In this document: in pieces, positions 19,099 to 27,547 of the stretch
Layout of the letters: each line of letters starts with the position of its first letter
Numbering within the stretch: position 1 is the first letter of the stretch
Assembly (NCBI GenBank): GCA_018062425.1
Contig: JAGOSH010000001.1
Coordinates: 84,957 to 148,956, forward strand
Length of the DNA stretch: 64,000 bases
DNA from: Minisyncoccota bacterium
GTDB taxonomy: Bacteria; Patescibacteriota; Minisyncoccia; Phycocordibacterales; UBA9973
Reading direction: 5' to 3'
Notes under the pieces: model-generated
The model's input: only the letters and a program-made list of their open reading frames with translations
What the model was told of the DNA's origin: nothing
Databases searched by the model: none
Position numbers and translations under genes: made by a program

Positions 19099-19258
19099 TT
19101 TAAAAAAGCGAAATTATCAAAATTTTCGAGGGTATAGGAAAAAATCCCCAGACCATTCAAAAATTTTATAATTTCGCTTTTTCTCAAAAGAATAAAAAAA
19201 CACCCCAAGGAGGTGTTTTTTTATTGACATTGAATTCAGGTAAGAGTACTCTGAGGGT

Positions 19259-19436
19259 AAATTTTCCTTCTTCACTTTCAACGAGTAATAACATGGTTAA
19301 CCTTAAGAATTATCCCGGCGTAAAACCCAAAACCACAACAATTAGGGTTCCAACAGAGACCCGTCCAAAAAGATAACATACTCCCTCCTCCTTCAACAAA
19401 GAAAGCGACCCTCCTGGTAGGGTCGCATTTTTTTTG
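19259..19436 (+). other. candidate independent small transcript (sRNA or 27-aa basic micropeptide mRNA)
   Basis: Promoter TTGACA 19224-19229 -17- TACTCT 19247-19252; strong terminator GCGACCCT/AGGGTCGC plus T8 at 19405-19436. Confidence 0.3.
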
Positions 19437-19546
19437 TTTTGAGTTTTTGATTTGACAAATCATGATTATATATGTATACTGATTTTGAATCGAAGAACGC
19501 ACGGCGCGTTCTTTTTTATTGTTGTACATTTAAAAATTTATTCTCA

Positions 19547-19963
19547 ATGAGGAAAGAAAAGTCCATTTACAACCTCTCTCCAGGTTGGTTGATGCATCGG
19601 TTAACCTTGAAAACAGTTAATAAAAACAAGGATTTGTTTAATGAAATTTGCGTATTGGTTTCAAGACGATTGCAGGAGAAAAAAAGGATTTATAAAAATC
19701 CTTTTCCTCCCGGTGATTATCTGGTATCAATAACCATTCATAAAACGACCTTTGACGGATTAATTTTCAAGGATAAATACAAAGACCCTGCTATTTTGTC
19801 AGGAAACAAAAAACCCCTTGTTGTTTTCAGTATTGAGGTTCTAAAAGGAAACCAGGTCAATTTAGTTGACCTACAATCAAAGTCTTCAAAATTTGCTCCA
19901 ATTACATGCAAAGAAATTTGTGTACTGGTTTTAAACCAAATGGGATTCAAAGTTTCAAACTGA
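19547..19963 (+). CDS. hypothetical protein (start taken at an internal ATG of the track ORF 19472..19963)
   Basis: Own promoter (19452-19480) and terminator (19996-20030); no motif recognised; internal EICVLV repeat. Confidence 0.3.
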   Translation: MRKEKSIYNLSPGWLMHRLTLKTVNKNKDLFNEICVLVSRRLQEKKRIYKNPFPPGDYLVSITIHKTTFDGLIFKDKYKDPAILSGNKKPLVVFSIEVLKGNQVNLVDLQSKSSKFAPITCKEICVLVLNQMGFKVSN

Positions 19964-20045
19964 ATAATAATCACTTCAAACTCGCATAAATAATTTGGCC
20001 GGCGCTCAATCGAGAGCATCGGCCATTTTTAATTTTCGTTATAAA

Positions 20046-20076
20046 TCAAAAAACCACCCGAGAGGGTGGTTTTTTG
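20046..20076. terminator. bidirectional terminator
   Basis: A-run, stem AACCACCC/GGGTGGTT, T-run. Confidence 0.7.
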
Positions 20077-20088
20077 ATTTGAGTTTAT

Positions 20089-20337
20089 TTATTTTGCCTT
20101 TATGAGTCCAGCTTTCAGGAGGGTAGCGTAGGCGCCGTTTTTCTTGAGAGTTTTAAACCCACGAGTGGTAGCTTCTACCATAACAGTTTTGCCGAGTTCA
20201 GCTACGAATACTCGCTTTTTTTGCATATTAGTATGCTTCCTGACCTTGCCGGTAGGGTTGAATTTGGTGGCACGAGTACGGTTAGAATAACCGCCGCCCA
20301 CTATACTTGTCTTTTTGGTTATTGCACAGGTTTTCAT
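20089..20337 (-). CDS. rpmB: 50S ribosomal protein L28
   Basis: CAITKKTSIVGGGYSNRTRATKFNPTGK... is typical of L28. Confidence 0.88.
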   Translation of the reverse strand: MKTCAITKKTSIVGGGYSNRTRATKFNPTGKVRKHTNMQKKRVFVAELGKTVMVEATTRGFKTLKKNGAYATLLKAGLIKAK

Positions 20338-20368
20338 AACGATGAGTGCATGCTATCATAAAGTTTAC

Positions 20369-20986
20369 ATGGATGCAATAGATACAATCTTTTACCTTGC
20401 CATACTGATCATGTCGGTGGTTATCCACGAAGTGTCTCATGGTTTCATGGCGGAATACTTTGGCGACAAGACTGCTCGTTTGGCTGGCCGGCTGACGCTG
20501 AATCCTGTGGCTCATTTGGACTTGTTTGGTTCAATTATTCTGCCGGCGATACTGTATTTCACCACTGGATTTGCTTTTGGTTGGGCTAGACCGGTACCAT
20601 ACAATCCGGCAAATCTACGAAACGAAAAATGGGGAACCATAGCCGTAGCTGCTGCTGGAGTACTGGCCAACCTTTTCATTGCTCTGTTCTTTGGACTTCT
20701 TCTGCGTTTTCTGTGGCCTGTTTTCCCGACCGAGAAACTGATCGGGTTCGTGTCTTCTATCGTCATCGTAAACTTGGCTTTGGCGTTCTTTAACCTTGTG
20801 CCCATTCCACCTCTCGATGGATCCAAGATACTTTTCAACCTTTTGCCAGGGCGCTTTGCTCAAATATTAGCAACCATTGAACAGTATTCTTTCTTTATTT
20901 TAATCTTGTTTATATTCATGTTTTCACAATATCTAGCCCCTGTTATTTTCGGTAGTTTCAAGCTCATAACTGGGCTGGGGCTCTAG
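20369..20986 (+). CDS. site-2 protease family (peptidase M50) membrane metalloprotease
   Basis: HEVSHG zinc motif and NLVPIPPLDG motif; TGcTATCAT lies 9 nt before the ATG at 20369. Confidence 0.8.
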   Translation: MDAIDTIFYLAILIMSVVIHEVSHGFMAEYFGDKTARLAGRLTLNPVAHLDLFGSIILPAILYFTTGFAFGWARPVPYNPANLRNEKWGTIAVAAAGVLANLFIALFFGLLLRFLWPVFPTEKLIGFVSSIVIVNLALAFFNLVPIPPLDGSKILFNLLPGRFAQILATIEQYSFFILILFIFMFSQYLAPVIFGSFKLITGLGL

Positions 20987-20991
20987 GGGTA

Positions 20992-21020
20992 TTGCAATTT
21001 TTCGAAACCTATAGTAGATT
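20992..21020 (+). promoter_or_regulatory. sigma70-like promoter TTGCAA-17-TAGATT for rpsL-rpsG
   Basis: TTGCAA 20992-20997, TAGATT 21015-21020. Confidence 0.5.
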
Positions 21021-21078
21021 ACCTCTGTGCCATACAGAGTCTTCGGACTCTTTTAATTTATAGCGATATAGACAAGGA

Positions 21079-21501
21079 ATGCCAACAATCAACCAATTAG
21101 TTAGAAAAAACAGACGAACACCAAAAGGTAAAGACAAGACCGTTGCTTTAACTCGCGGATTTAATGTGCTCAAGAACAAGCCTGTGTATTATTCTTCACC
21201 TTTCAAAAGAGGTGTATGTACAAAGGTAACCACCACCACTCCAAAGAAACCAAACTCAGCTCTCCGAAAGATTGCCCGCGTCAGACTTACCAACGGCTTG
21301 GAAGTTACTGCCTACATCCCAGGTGAAGGACACAATTTGCAGGAACACTCAGTGGTTATGCTACGAGGTGGTCGTGTAAAGGACTTGATCGGAGTACGTT
21401 ACCACATAGTTCGTGGTGTGCTCGATACCCAAGGTGTTGAAAAGAGACGACAAGGACGATCCCTATACGGTAATAAGAAACCTAAAAAAGATAAAAAATA
21501 A
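21079..21501 (+). CDS. rpsL: 30S ribosomal protein S12
   Basis: [10 protein letters not shown]... sequence. Confidence 0.97.
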   Translation: MPTINQLVRKNRRTPKGKDKTVALTRGFNVLKNKPVYYSSPFKRGVCTKVTTTTPKKPNSALRKIARVRLTNGLEVTAYIPGEGHNLQEHSVVMLRGGRVKDLIGVRYHIVRGVLDTQGVEKRRQGRSLYGNKKPKKDKK

Positions 21502-21520
21502 TTCAAAAATAATATAAGCC

Positions 21521-21991
21521 ATGCGACGCAAAGTTAAAAATCGAAATATAGTAGGCAAGGACTTCGTTTACAACTCAGAAAAGCTCGAGAAGTTTATCAA
21601 CTACGTCATGTGGTCTGGTAAAAAAGAAACTGCTCGAAAAGTTGTGTACCAAGCTTTTGAAGTTATCAAAGAGAAGACCGGAAATCCAAATCCACTCGAA
21701 GTATTCGACTTGGCTATGAAAAACGCTGGACCGCTTACCGAAGTTCGTTCCAAGCGTATCGGTGGTGCAAACTACCAGGTTCCACGTGAAGTTCGTGCTG
21801 AAAGGAGATTGGCGCTAGCTATGAGATGGATTCGTGATGCAGCTCGAGGCAAGAAAGGCGTACCAATGCACATGAAACTCGCTGATGAATTGATAGCTGC
21901 TTCAAAGAACGAAGGTGCTGCTGTAAAGAAGAAAGACGATACTCACAAAATGGCAGACGCCAACAAAGCCTTCGCTCACTTCGCTTGGTAA
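21521..21991 (+). CDS. rpsG: 30S ribosomal protein S7
   Basis: GGANYQVPREVR motif; follows rpsL. Confidence 0.95.
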   Translation: MRRKVKNRNIVGKDFVYNSEKLEKFINYVMWSGKKETARKVVYQAFEVIKEKTGNPNPLEVFDLAMKNAGPLTEVRSKRIGGANYQVPREVRAERRLALAMRWIRDAARGKKGVPMHMKLADELIAASKNEGAAVKKKDDTHKMADANKAFAHFAW

Positions 21992-22011
21992 TCTAAATTT
22001 TAAATACTCAC

Positions 22012-22041
22012 AAAAGCCCCTCTGTGGGGCTTTTGTTTTTT
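22012..22041 (+). terminator. rho-independent terminator after rpsG
   Basis: Stem AAAAGCCCC/GGGGCTTTT plus T-run. Confidence 0.75.
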
Positions 22042-22069
22042 ATCTTTATAAGATACAATTTGAATCATA

Positions 22070-23065
22070 ATGCCGGAATTCGATCCGGGGAAAAGAGATT
22101 TTTTAAAGAAGAGTCTTCTCACTACAGGAGCGTTTCTTTTTAAGACCAATTCAACAGTTGCTAAAACTATTGAAAAAACAACTAGGCCATCTAATATGGA
22201 ACAGTTAGGAGACAAAACAACCCTTACTGATTCTGGAGAAAAATTCACTAACGGTGAACATGTATTTAGAGTTAATTTTAAACCAGAGGGTGCAACAGAA
22301 AGTAAAGACGTCGGAGAATTGTGGCCTGTGGGATTGATGAACTTTGTTACCAGAGAAACAGACCCAGACTTATTTCAGTTGGACATGGAAAATTTGTTAA
22401 AAAAAGCTGGAGGAGTAGCTACCTCTCCAGATGGAATGACAAAGGCAGCAAATGGATATGTTTTAGAAGGTAGGTCGCTTGCTCACGGTGAAGTAGTTGA
22501 AGGTAACGGTCAAGAGGTGCCTAGGTACGGTATCGTAGTTTTGGATAATAGGGGTAAAATAACTAAGTTTACTCACGGAGCCGAGTTAGCAACTTATGAT
22601 GCACAAGGTAACGTAACAGAAAAATCAAAATTCGATAAACTTTTTTCTGAAGTTAAGAGTGCCGGAGGAAGTTTGTTTTTCTTGCCAAGCATAATGAGAA
22701 CCTATGGAGGAGAAGTAAAAAAGTTAGAAAATGAAACTATGTTAGAACAGGTGCTCGTCAGGAGGCTTGAACCAGCTGTTGATGGTAATGGAAGACGTCT
22801 ATCTGGGGCAGAGCCCGTGGAAACTTATAAAGTTGTACGCTTTGATCCAATGATTTCATACAAGAATGCTATACGCACACTCGAGGGTTTGAACAGGCAA
22901 AACTCTGACGGTACTATGTCTGCTACCACCCATATATTTATGCTAGATGGAGGACAAGATTGGGACAGGGCTGCGAAAAAGTTGAGTACAAACAATGGAG
23001 AAGAAGTAGTTGTTTTATCAGAAGGGAAGAAAGACCTTGCTACGGCTGCTCTAGTTTTTTATTAA
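22070..23065 (+). CDS. hypothetical exported protein with Tat-like (KR) signal
   Basis: PEFDPGKRDFLKKSLLTTGAFLF N-terminus; weak resemblance (FMLDGGQDW) to phosphodiester glycosidase/DUF2233 proteins. Confidence 0.5.
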   Translation: MPEFDPGKRDFLKKSLLTTGAFLFKTNSTVAKTIEKTTRPSNMEQLGDKTTLTDSGEKFTNGEHVFRVNFKPEGATESKDVGELWPVGLMNFVTRETDPDLFQLDMENLLKKAGGVATSPDGMTKAANGYVLEGRSLAHGEVVEGNGQEVPRYGIVVLDNRGKITKFTHGAELATYDAQGNVTEKSKFDKLFSEVKSAGGSLFFLPSIMRTYGGEVKKLENETMLEQVLVRRLEPAVDGNGRRLSGAEPVETYKVVRFDPMISYKNAIRTLEGLNRQNSDGTMSATTHIFMLDGGQDWDRAAKKLSTNNGEEVVVLSEGKKDLATAALVFY

Positions 23066-23158
23066 AGGCTCCACGGTCATTTCAAAATTTGTCTACTCTT
23101 TACAAGATGACAGATGTTACAAGACCTCCGCTCACTCTGTGTGGTAGACTAAAAGGGG

Positions 23159-25225
23159 ATGCTATCTAAACTTACATTTCAAATAACAACTGCGCTCGGG
23201 GCTTTTTTACTTTTTCTTGCTGAGCCTTTTCTGGCTAAATTTATTACACCAATTGTCGGGGGGTCATTTTCAGTTTGGTCTGCAACAATTGCTTTTTTTA
23301 CCATAGCTCTTTTTTTAGGTTATGTATATGCGTATTCAATTCTTAGGTTAAGCAAAAGTTGGCAGATAGGGGTCCACGGTACATTGGTCTTGTTGTCACT
23401 CGGGTCACTTTTTTCGGGATATCTTTTGTGGGGTTTACCCCTCCTGCCCACTACTAACTTTTTACCAATTCAAAATTGGACTCCCTTTCTTTCAGTGTTT
23501 GTTTTGCTTTCATATTCTATATTAATTCCATTTATTCTTTTGTCATCGACGACTATATTACTCCAACGCTGGCAATCTTCGATTAAGGAAATAGAAGCTA
23601 ATCCCTACCGTCTTTATTCAATATCAAACATTGCCTCATTTGTTGCCCTGGGCAGTTTTCCTTTTCTGTTTGAGCTTTTTATGCCAATGTCGACCCTGTC
23701 CTTTTTCTGGAGTGCGTTTTTTATATTGTATGTAGTATGTCTTTTGTTAGCCATGCGAACATTTGCGAAGAAAGCAGTGATCATCGAGGCACCTACCCAA
23801 GATAGTAACGAGAACCATCCTACAACCAAACAGATTCTGTACTGGCTCGGATATTCCGCACTAGGCACATGGATTCTTGTTTCGGTTACCACTAGCCTTA
23901 ACCAGGGGATTAGTGGCTTTCCATTGTTATCAATCATCCCGTTAGCATTATATTTACTTACCTTTGTAATTGTGTTTCGGGGAGTTTCATTTCCTCCTGT
24001 TTTGGCACCCATAATAATTTTGTCTATTCTCTTGAGCCTACCCATAGAGATACACCTTTGGACAGTGATAGTCCTATCACTCCTCACTTTTCTTTTTTTT
24101 GCGTGTTTTTTCTTACACGAAGCAATATATAAAACAAGGCCAACCATAAAATATCTACCAACATTTTACCTTGTGGTTGCAGGTGGGGGAGCGTTGGGAA
24201 GTTTTCTGGGGAGTATCGTAGCACCTCTAATATTTCCAGACCTGTACGAAACTTTTATAGGCATGCTTGTAGTCATGTTCCTCATAATTCCGACATTAAA
24301 AGGATTAATGATGCAAACTGGATTTAATAAAAAAAGGTCCGGCGCGATTAAGGCTTTGTTGGTTTTTGTATACTTAATGATTATTGCCTCATTTATATTT
24401 CCAAGATTTGGAAAGAATTCAGAAGTACCAACCAGAACTTTTTACGGAATTTATAAAATATATGAGACCAAAGAAGACGTTGGGTCAATGCGGAAATTAA
24501 TTTCCGGGGACATTATTCACGGATCACAATTCACTGATGCGGCACGAAGTGCGGTACCCACTACGTACTATAGTCAAAAAAGCGGAGTAGGAATCGCCCT
24601 TCTTAACATTCGCCAGAATCCAAAATCTGTGGGTGTCGTTGGTCTGGGTACAGGCACCATGAGCGCCTATTGCGGTAGCAATGACCGATTTCGCTTTTAT
24701 GAAATTGACCCAGCTGTTGCCTTAATCGCCAGAAATAAATTCTCATTTATTAGCGATTGCGAAAACAGATCAGGTGTTGTTGAAATAATTATTGGCGATG
24801 CACGCCAATCCTTAGAGAGAGAAGAGGGTAACAATTTTGACATGCTTATTGTTGATGCGTTTACAGACGATGCTATACCCACACATCTTTTGACCCAAGA
24901 ATCTTTTGTAACCTACAAAAAGCATTTGAAAGATACCGGGGTACTCGCAGTGCATGTTTCAAATAAATTCCTAAGTTTAGATCCCATAGTTCTAGGTACT
25001 GCAAAGTCCATAGGTTATTCTGCTCGAGTTATTAAATATATACAACCATCCCCCGAAGAAAGTAAGCTTGGAGCAACAGGATCGAAGTGGGTAATTCTCG
25101 GAAGTGAGGCCTTCCTAAAGGAAGCATTTCCAAACACTGTGTACCCAACAACACCAATAGGTGATCCTTGGACGGATGATAAAAACAGTATCCTACCGGC
25201 GTTTTTAGAAAAAAAGAAGTTTTAA
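23159..25225 (+). CDS. fused polytopic membrane domain / spermidine synthase-like methyltransferase-fold protein
   Basis: About 12 TM segments, then VGVVGLGTGTMSAY and DMLIVDAFTDDAIPTHL (PABS-like). Confidence 0.65.
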   Translation: MLSKLTFQITTALGAFLLFLAEPFLAKFITPIVGGSFSVWSATIAFFTIALFLGYVYAYSILRLSKSWQIGVHGTLVLLSLGSLFSGYLLWGLPLLPTTNFLPIQNWTPFLSVFVLLSYSILIPFILLSSTTILLQRWQSSIKEIEANPYRLYSISNIASFVALGSFPFLFELFMPMSTLSFFWSAFFILYVVCLLLAMRTFAKKAVIIEAPTQDSNENHPTTKQILYWLGYSALGTWILVSVTTSLNQGISGFPLLSIIPLALYLLTFVIVFRGVSFPPVLAPIIILSILLSLPIEIHLWTVIVLSLLTFLFFACFFLHEAIYKTRPTIKYLPTFYLVVAGGGALGSFLGSIVAPLIFPDLYETFIGMLVVMFLIIPTLKGLMMQTGFNKKRSGAIKALLVFVYLMIIASFIFPRFGKNSEVPTRTFYGIYKIYETKEDVGSMRKLISGDIIHGSQFTDAARSAVPTTYYSQKSGVGIALLNIRQNPKSVGVVGLGTGTMSAYCGSNDRFRFYEIDPAVALIARNKFSFISDCENRSGVVEIIIGDARQSLEREEGNNFDMLIVDAFTDDAIPTHLLTQESFVTYKKHLKDTGVLAVHVSNKFLSLDPIVLGTAKSIGYSARVIKYIQPSPEESKLGATGSKWVILGSEAFLKEAFPNTVYPTTPIGDPWTDDKNSILPAFLEKKKF

Positions 25226-25255
25226 GCAATATTTTGCAAATATCCTTGCTTTTAT

Positions 25256-25284
25256 TTGCAAAAAAGGGGTTTGTGGGGTATAGT
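25256..25284 (+). promoter_or_regulatory. sigma70-like promoter TTGCAA-17-TATAGT for fusA
   Basis: TTGCAA 25256-25261, TATAGT 25279-25284. Confidence 0.55.
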
Positions 25285-25328
25285 GACGGAAGCGCTAGAC
25301 GCGCTTTTTTATTAGTTAAATTACAATT

Positions 25329-27479
25329 ATGGAAAGAGATTACCCACTAGAGAAAGTTAGAAATTTTGGAATTATTGCGCATATCGATGCTGGTAAGACT
25401 ACCACCACCGAGCGTGTTTTATTTTATACAGGTGTGTCCCACAAAATCGGTGAAGTTCACGATGGTGAAACTACAACCGACTGGATGGAACAGGAACGAG
25501 AGCGAGGTATCACTATTACTTCTGCTGCAGTTACTTGTTTCTGGACACCGACCTACGCGGCTCCAACAGACAAGAAGTTGAAACACCGTTTCAACATCAT
25601 CGATACCCCTGGGCACATCGACTTTACAGTGGAAGTGAAAAGATCTCTTCGAGTACTCGACGGAGCAGTGGTTGTGTTCGACGGTGTGGCCGGTGTAGAG
25701 CCACAGTCTGAAACCAACTGGCGTTATGCTGACGAAGCTAACGTTCCTCGTATCTGCTTCATCAATAAGCTCGACCGAACTGGCGCGTCTTTTGAACACT
25801 CCTACAAAACGATTTTGGATCGTTTGACCAAAAAAGCTGTCCGTATGCAAATCCCAATCGGGCTTGAAGAAAAGCACGATGGTGTTATCGATCTCCTTAA
25901 AATGAAGGCGTATTACTTTGAAGGAGAAATGGGTAATACTGTAATAGAAAAAGAAATCCCAGAAGAATACAAAAAAGAAGCAGAAGGTTACCACAATGAA
26001 CTTGTAGAAAAAATTGTTGAAAACGATGAAGCTCTGATGACCGAATACCTGGAAGGTATTGTGCCAGGTTATGACACTTTGAAAAAAGTTCTCCGTAAGG
26101 CTGTAATCGCAAACGCAATATTCCCAGTGTACGCAGGTTCGGCGCTCAAGAACAAAGGTGTTCAGCTTGTACTCGACGCTGTGGTTGACTATCTACCAGC
26201 TCCTACTGATATCCCACCTATCCCTGGTATCGACCCTAATACTGACGAGCCAACAGAGCGCAAAGCTTCTGACTCAGAGCCTTTTTCTGCTCTTGCTTTC
26301 AAAGTCGCTACTGACCCATTCGTAGGACAAATCATTTTCTTCCGTGTTTACTCTGGTTCTCTTTCAGCTGGAAGTTATGTTTACAATCCTCGTACACGAA
26401 ACAAAGAAAGAATCGGACGTATCTTGCGTATGCATGCGAACGACCGGGAAGAAGTAAAGAAAGTTTACGCTGGTGAAATCGCAGCAGCGGTAGGACTCAA
26501 AGATACCATTACTTCCGACACTATTTGTGACGAAGCAGCTCCAGTAGAACTAAACCGTATCGTTTTCCCTGAACCAGTTATCTCTCTACGTATTGAACCA
26601 AAGACAAAAGCTGACCAAGAAAAAATGGGTATGGCATTAAACCGTCTAGCTCAAGAAGACCCAACTTTCAGAGTTACTACTGATCAAGAAACAGGGGAGA
26701 CCATCATCGCTGGTATGGGTGAACTACACTTGGAAATCATTGTTGATCGTATGAAACGCGAGTTTACTGTCGAAGCAAACGTAGGTAAGCCGCAAGTTGC
26801 ATACAGAGAGACTATCAATGGCACTGCTGAAACAGAAGGAAAATACATCAAGCAGTCTGGTGGACGTGGTAACTACGGTCACGTAAAGATCAAGGTAAAG
26901 CCGATGGTAGCATTAACCAAAGAAGAGATAGAAGATCTACCAAAGAACACCAAACGTTCTGAAGCTTTCGAATTCATCAACAGCATCAAAGGAGGTGCTA
27001 TTCCTCAGGAATACATCGCTCCTTGTGAAAAAGGATTTAAAGAAGGTCTCGACCGTGGTATCCTCGCTGGGTTTAAAATGGTAAACGTTTCAGTAGAGCT
27101 ATGGGATGGATCTTTCCACGAAGTGGACTCCAACGAAATGGCTTTCAAAATCGCAGCTTCTATGGCAATCCAAGACGCATGTCGTGCTGCTCGCCCAGTA
27201 ATCCTCGAGCCGATGATGAAGGTTGAAGTTGTAACCCCAGATAAATTCATGGGTGACGTCACCGGTAACCTATCTTCAAAGCGTGGAATCATCGAGGGCC
27301 TAGAAGACCGTGGTATGAACAAGGTTGTGAAGGCTATAGTCCCTCTTTCTGAAATGTTTGGATACATGACCGGACTACGTTCTATGACCGAAGGCCGAGC
27401 ATCATTCACCATGGAGTTCACTCGTTACGATATTGTTCCAAACAACGTAGCAGATACAATCATCGCAGCTCGTAAGTAA
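25329..27479 (+). CDS. fusA: translation elongation factor G
   Basis: [25 protein letters not shown]-domain motifs; 716 aa. Confidence 0.97.
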   Translation: MERDYPLEKVRNFGIIAHIDAGKTTTTERVLFYTGVSHKIGEVHDGETTTDWMEQERERGITITSAAVTCFWTPTYAAPTDKKLKHRFNIIDTPGHIDFTVEVKRSLRVLDGAVVVFDGVAGVEPQSETNWRYADEANVPRICFINKLDRTGASFEHSYKTILDRLTKKAVRMQIPIGLEEKHDGVIDLLKMKAYYFEGEMGNTVIEKEIPEEYKKEAEGYHNELVEKIVENDEALMTEYLEGIVPGYDTLKKVLRKAVIANAIFPVYAGSALKNKGVQLVLDAVVDYLPAPTDIPPIPGIDPNTDEPTERKASDSEPFSALAFKVATDPFVGQIIFFRVYSGSLSAGSYVYNPRTRNKERIGRILRMHANDREEVKKVYAGEIAAAVGLKDTITSDTICDEAAPVELNRIVFPEPVISLRIEPKTKADQEKMGMALNRLAQEDPTFRVTTDQETGETIIAGMGELHLEIIVDRMKREFTVEANVGKPQVAYRETINGTAETEGKYIKQSGGRGNYGHVKIKVKPMVALTKEEIEDLPKNTKRSEAFEFINSIKGGAIPQEYIAPCEKGFKEGLDRGILAGFKMVNVSVELWDGSFHEVDSNEMAFKIAASMAIQDACRAARPVILEPMMKVEVVTPDKFMGDVTGNLSSKRGIIEGLEDRGMNKVVKAIVPLSEMFGYMTGLRSMTEGRASFTMEFTRYDIVPNNVADTIIAARK

Positions 27480-27491
27480 GTATTTAATCAT

Positions 27492-27512
27492 CCCTGCCTG
27501 TCGCAGGCAGGG
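27492..27512. repeat. GC-rich palindromic element CCCTGCCTG-TCG-CAGGCAGGG
   Basis: 9-bp perfect stem, 3-nt loop, 12 nt after the fusA stop, no T-run; core shared with 29148-29169. Confidence 0.6.
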
Positions 27513-27547
27513 CGCTAGAAAGTAATTAGTGGTATAATCTAAATAAT

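Noticed and set aside
19103-19181. 15-bp perfect inverted repeat AAAAAGCGAAATTAT/ATAATTTCGCTTTTT with a 49-nt spacer after the helicase gene, considered as a mobile-element terminal repeat.
   Set aside because: There is no coding capacity between the arms, and it is followed by a T-run. It is most simply a long-loop terminator for the helicase gene.
19278-19529. 83-aa minus-strand ORF in the accessory region after the helicase.
   Set aside because: It runs through a plus-strand terminator (19405-19436) and a promoter (19452-19480) and has no upstream promoter of its own.
19545-19565. GAGGAAAG...GTCC, resembling the RNase P RNA CR-I motif.
   Set aside because: The motif is interrupted (GAGGAAAGAAAAGTCC), no surrounding P RNA helices are present, and it lies at the start of an ORF.
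20052-20071. Identical 8-bp terminator stems AACCACCC/GGGTGGTT at 20052-71 and 53875-903, considered as a possible repeat family.
   Set aside because: Only the short stem is shared, and the loops and flanks differ. This is probably convergent GC-clamp usage in terminators.
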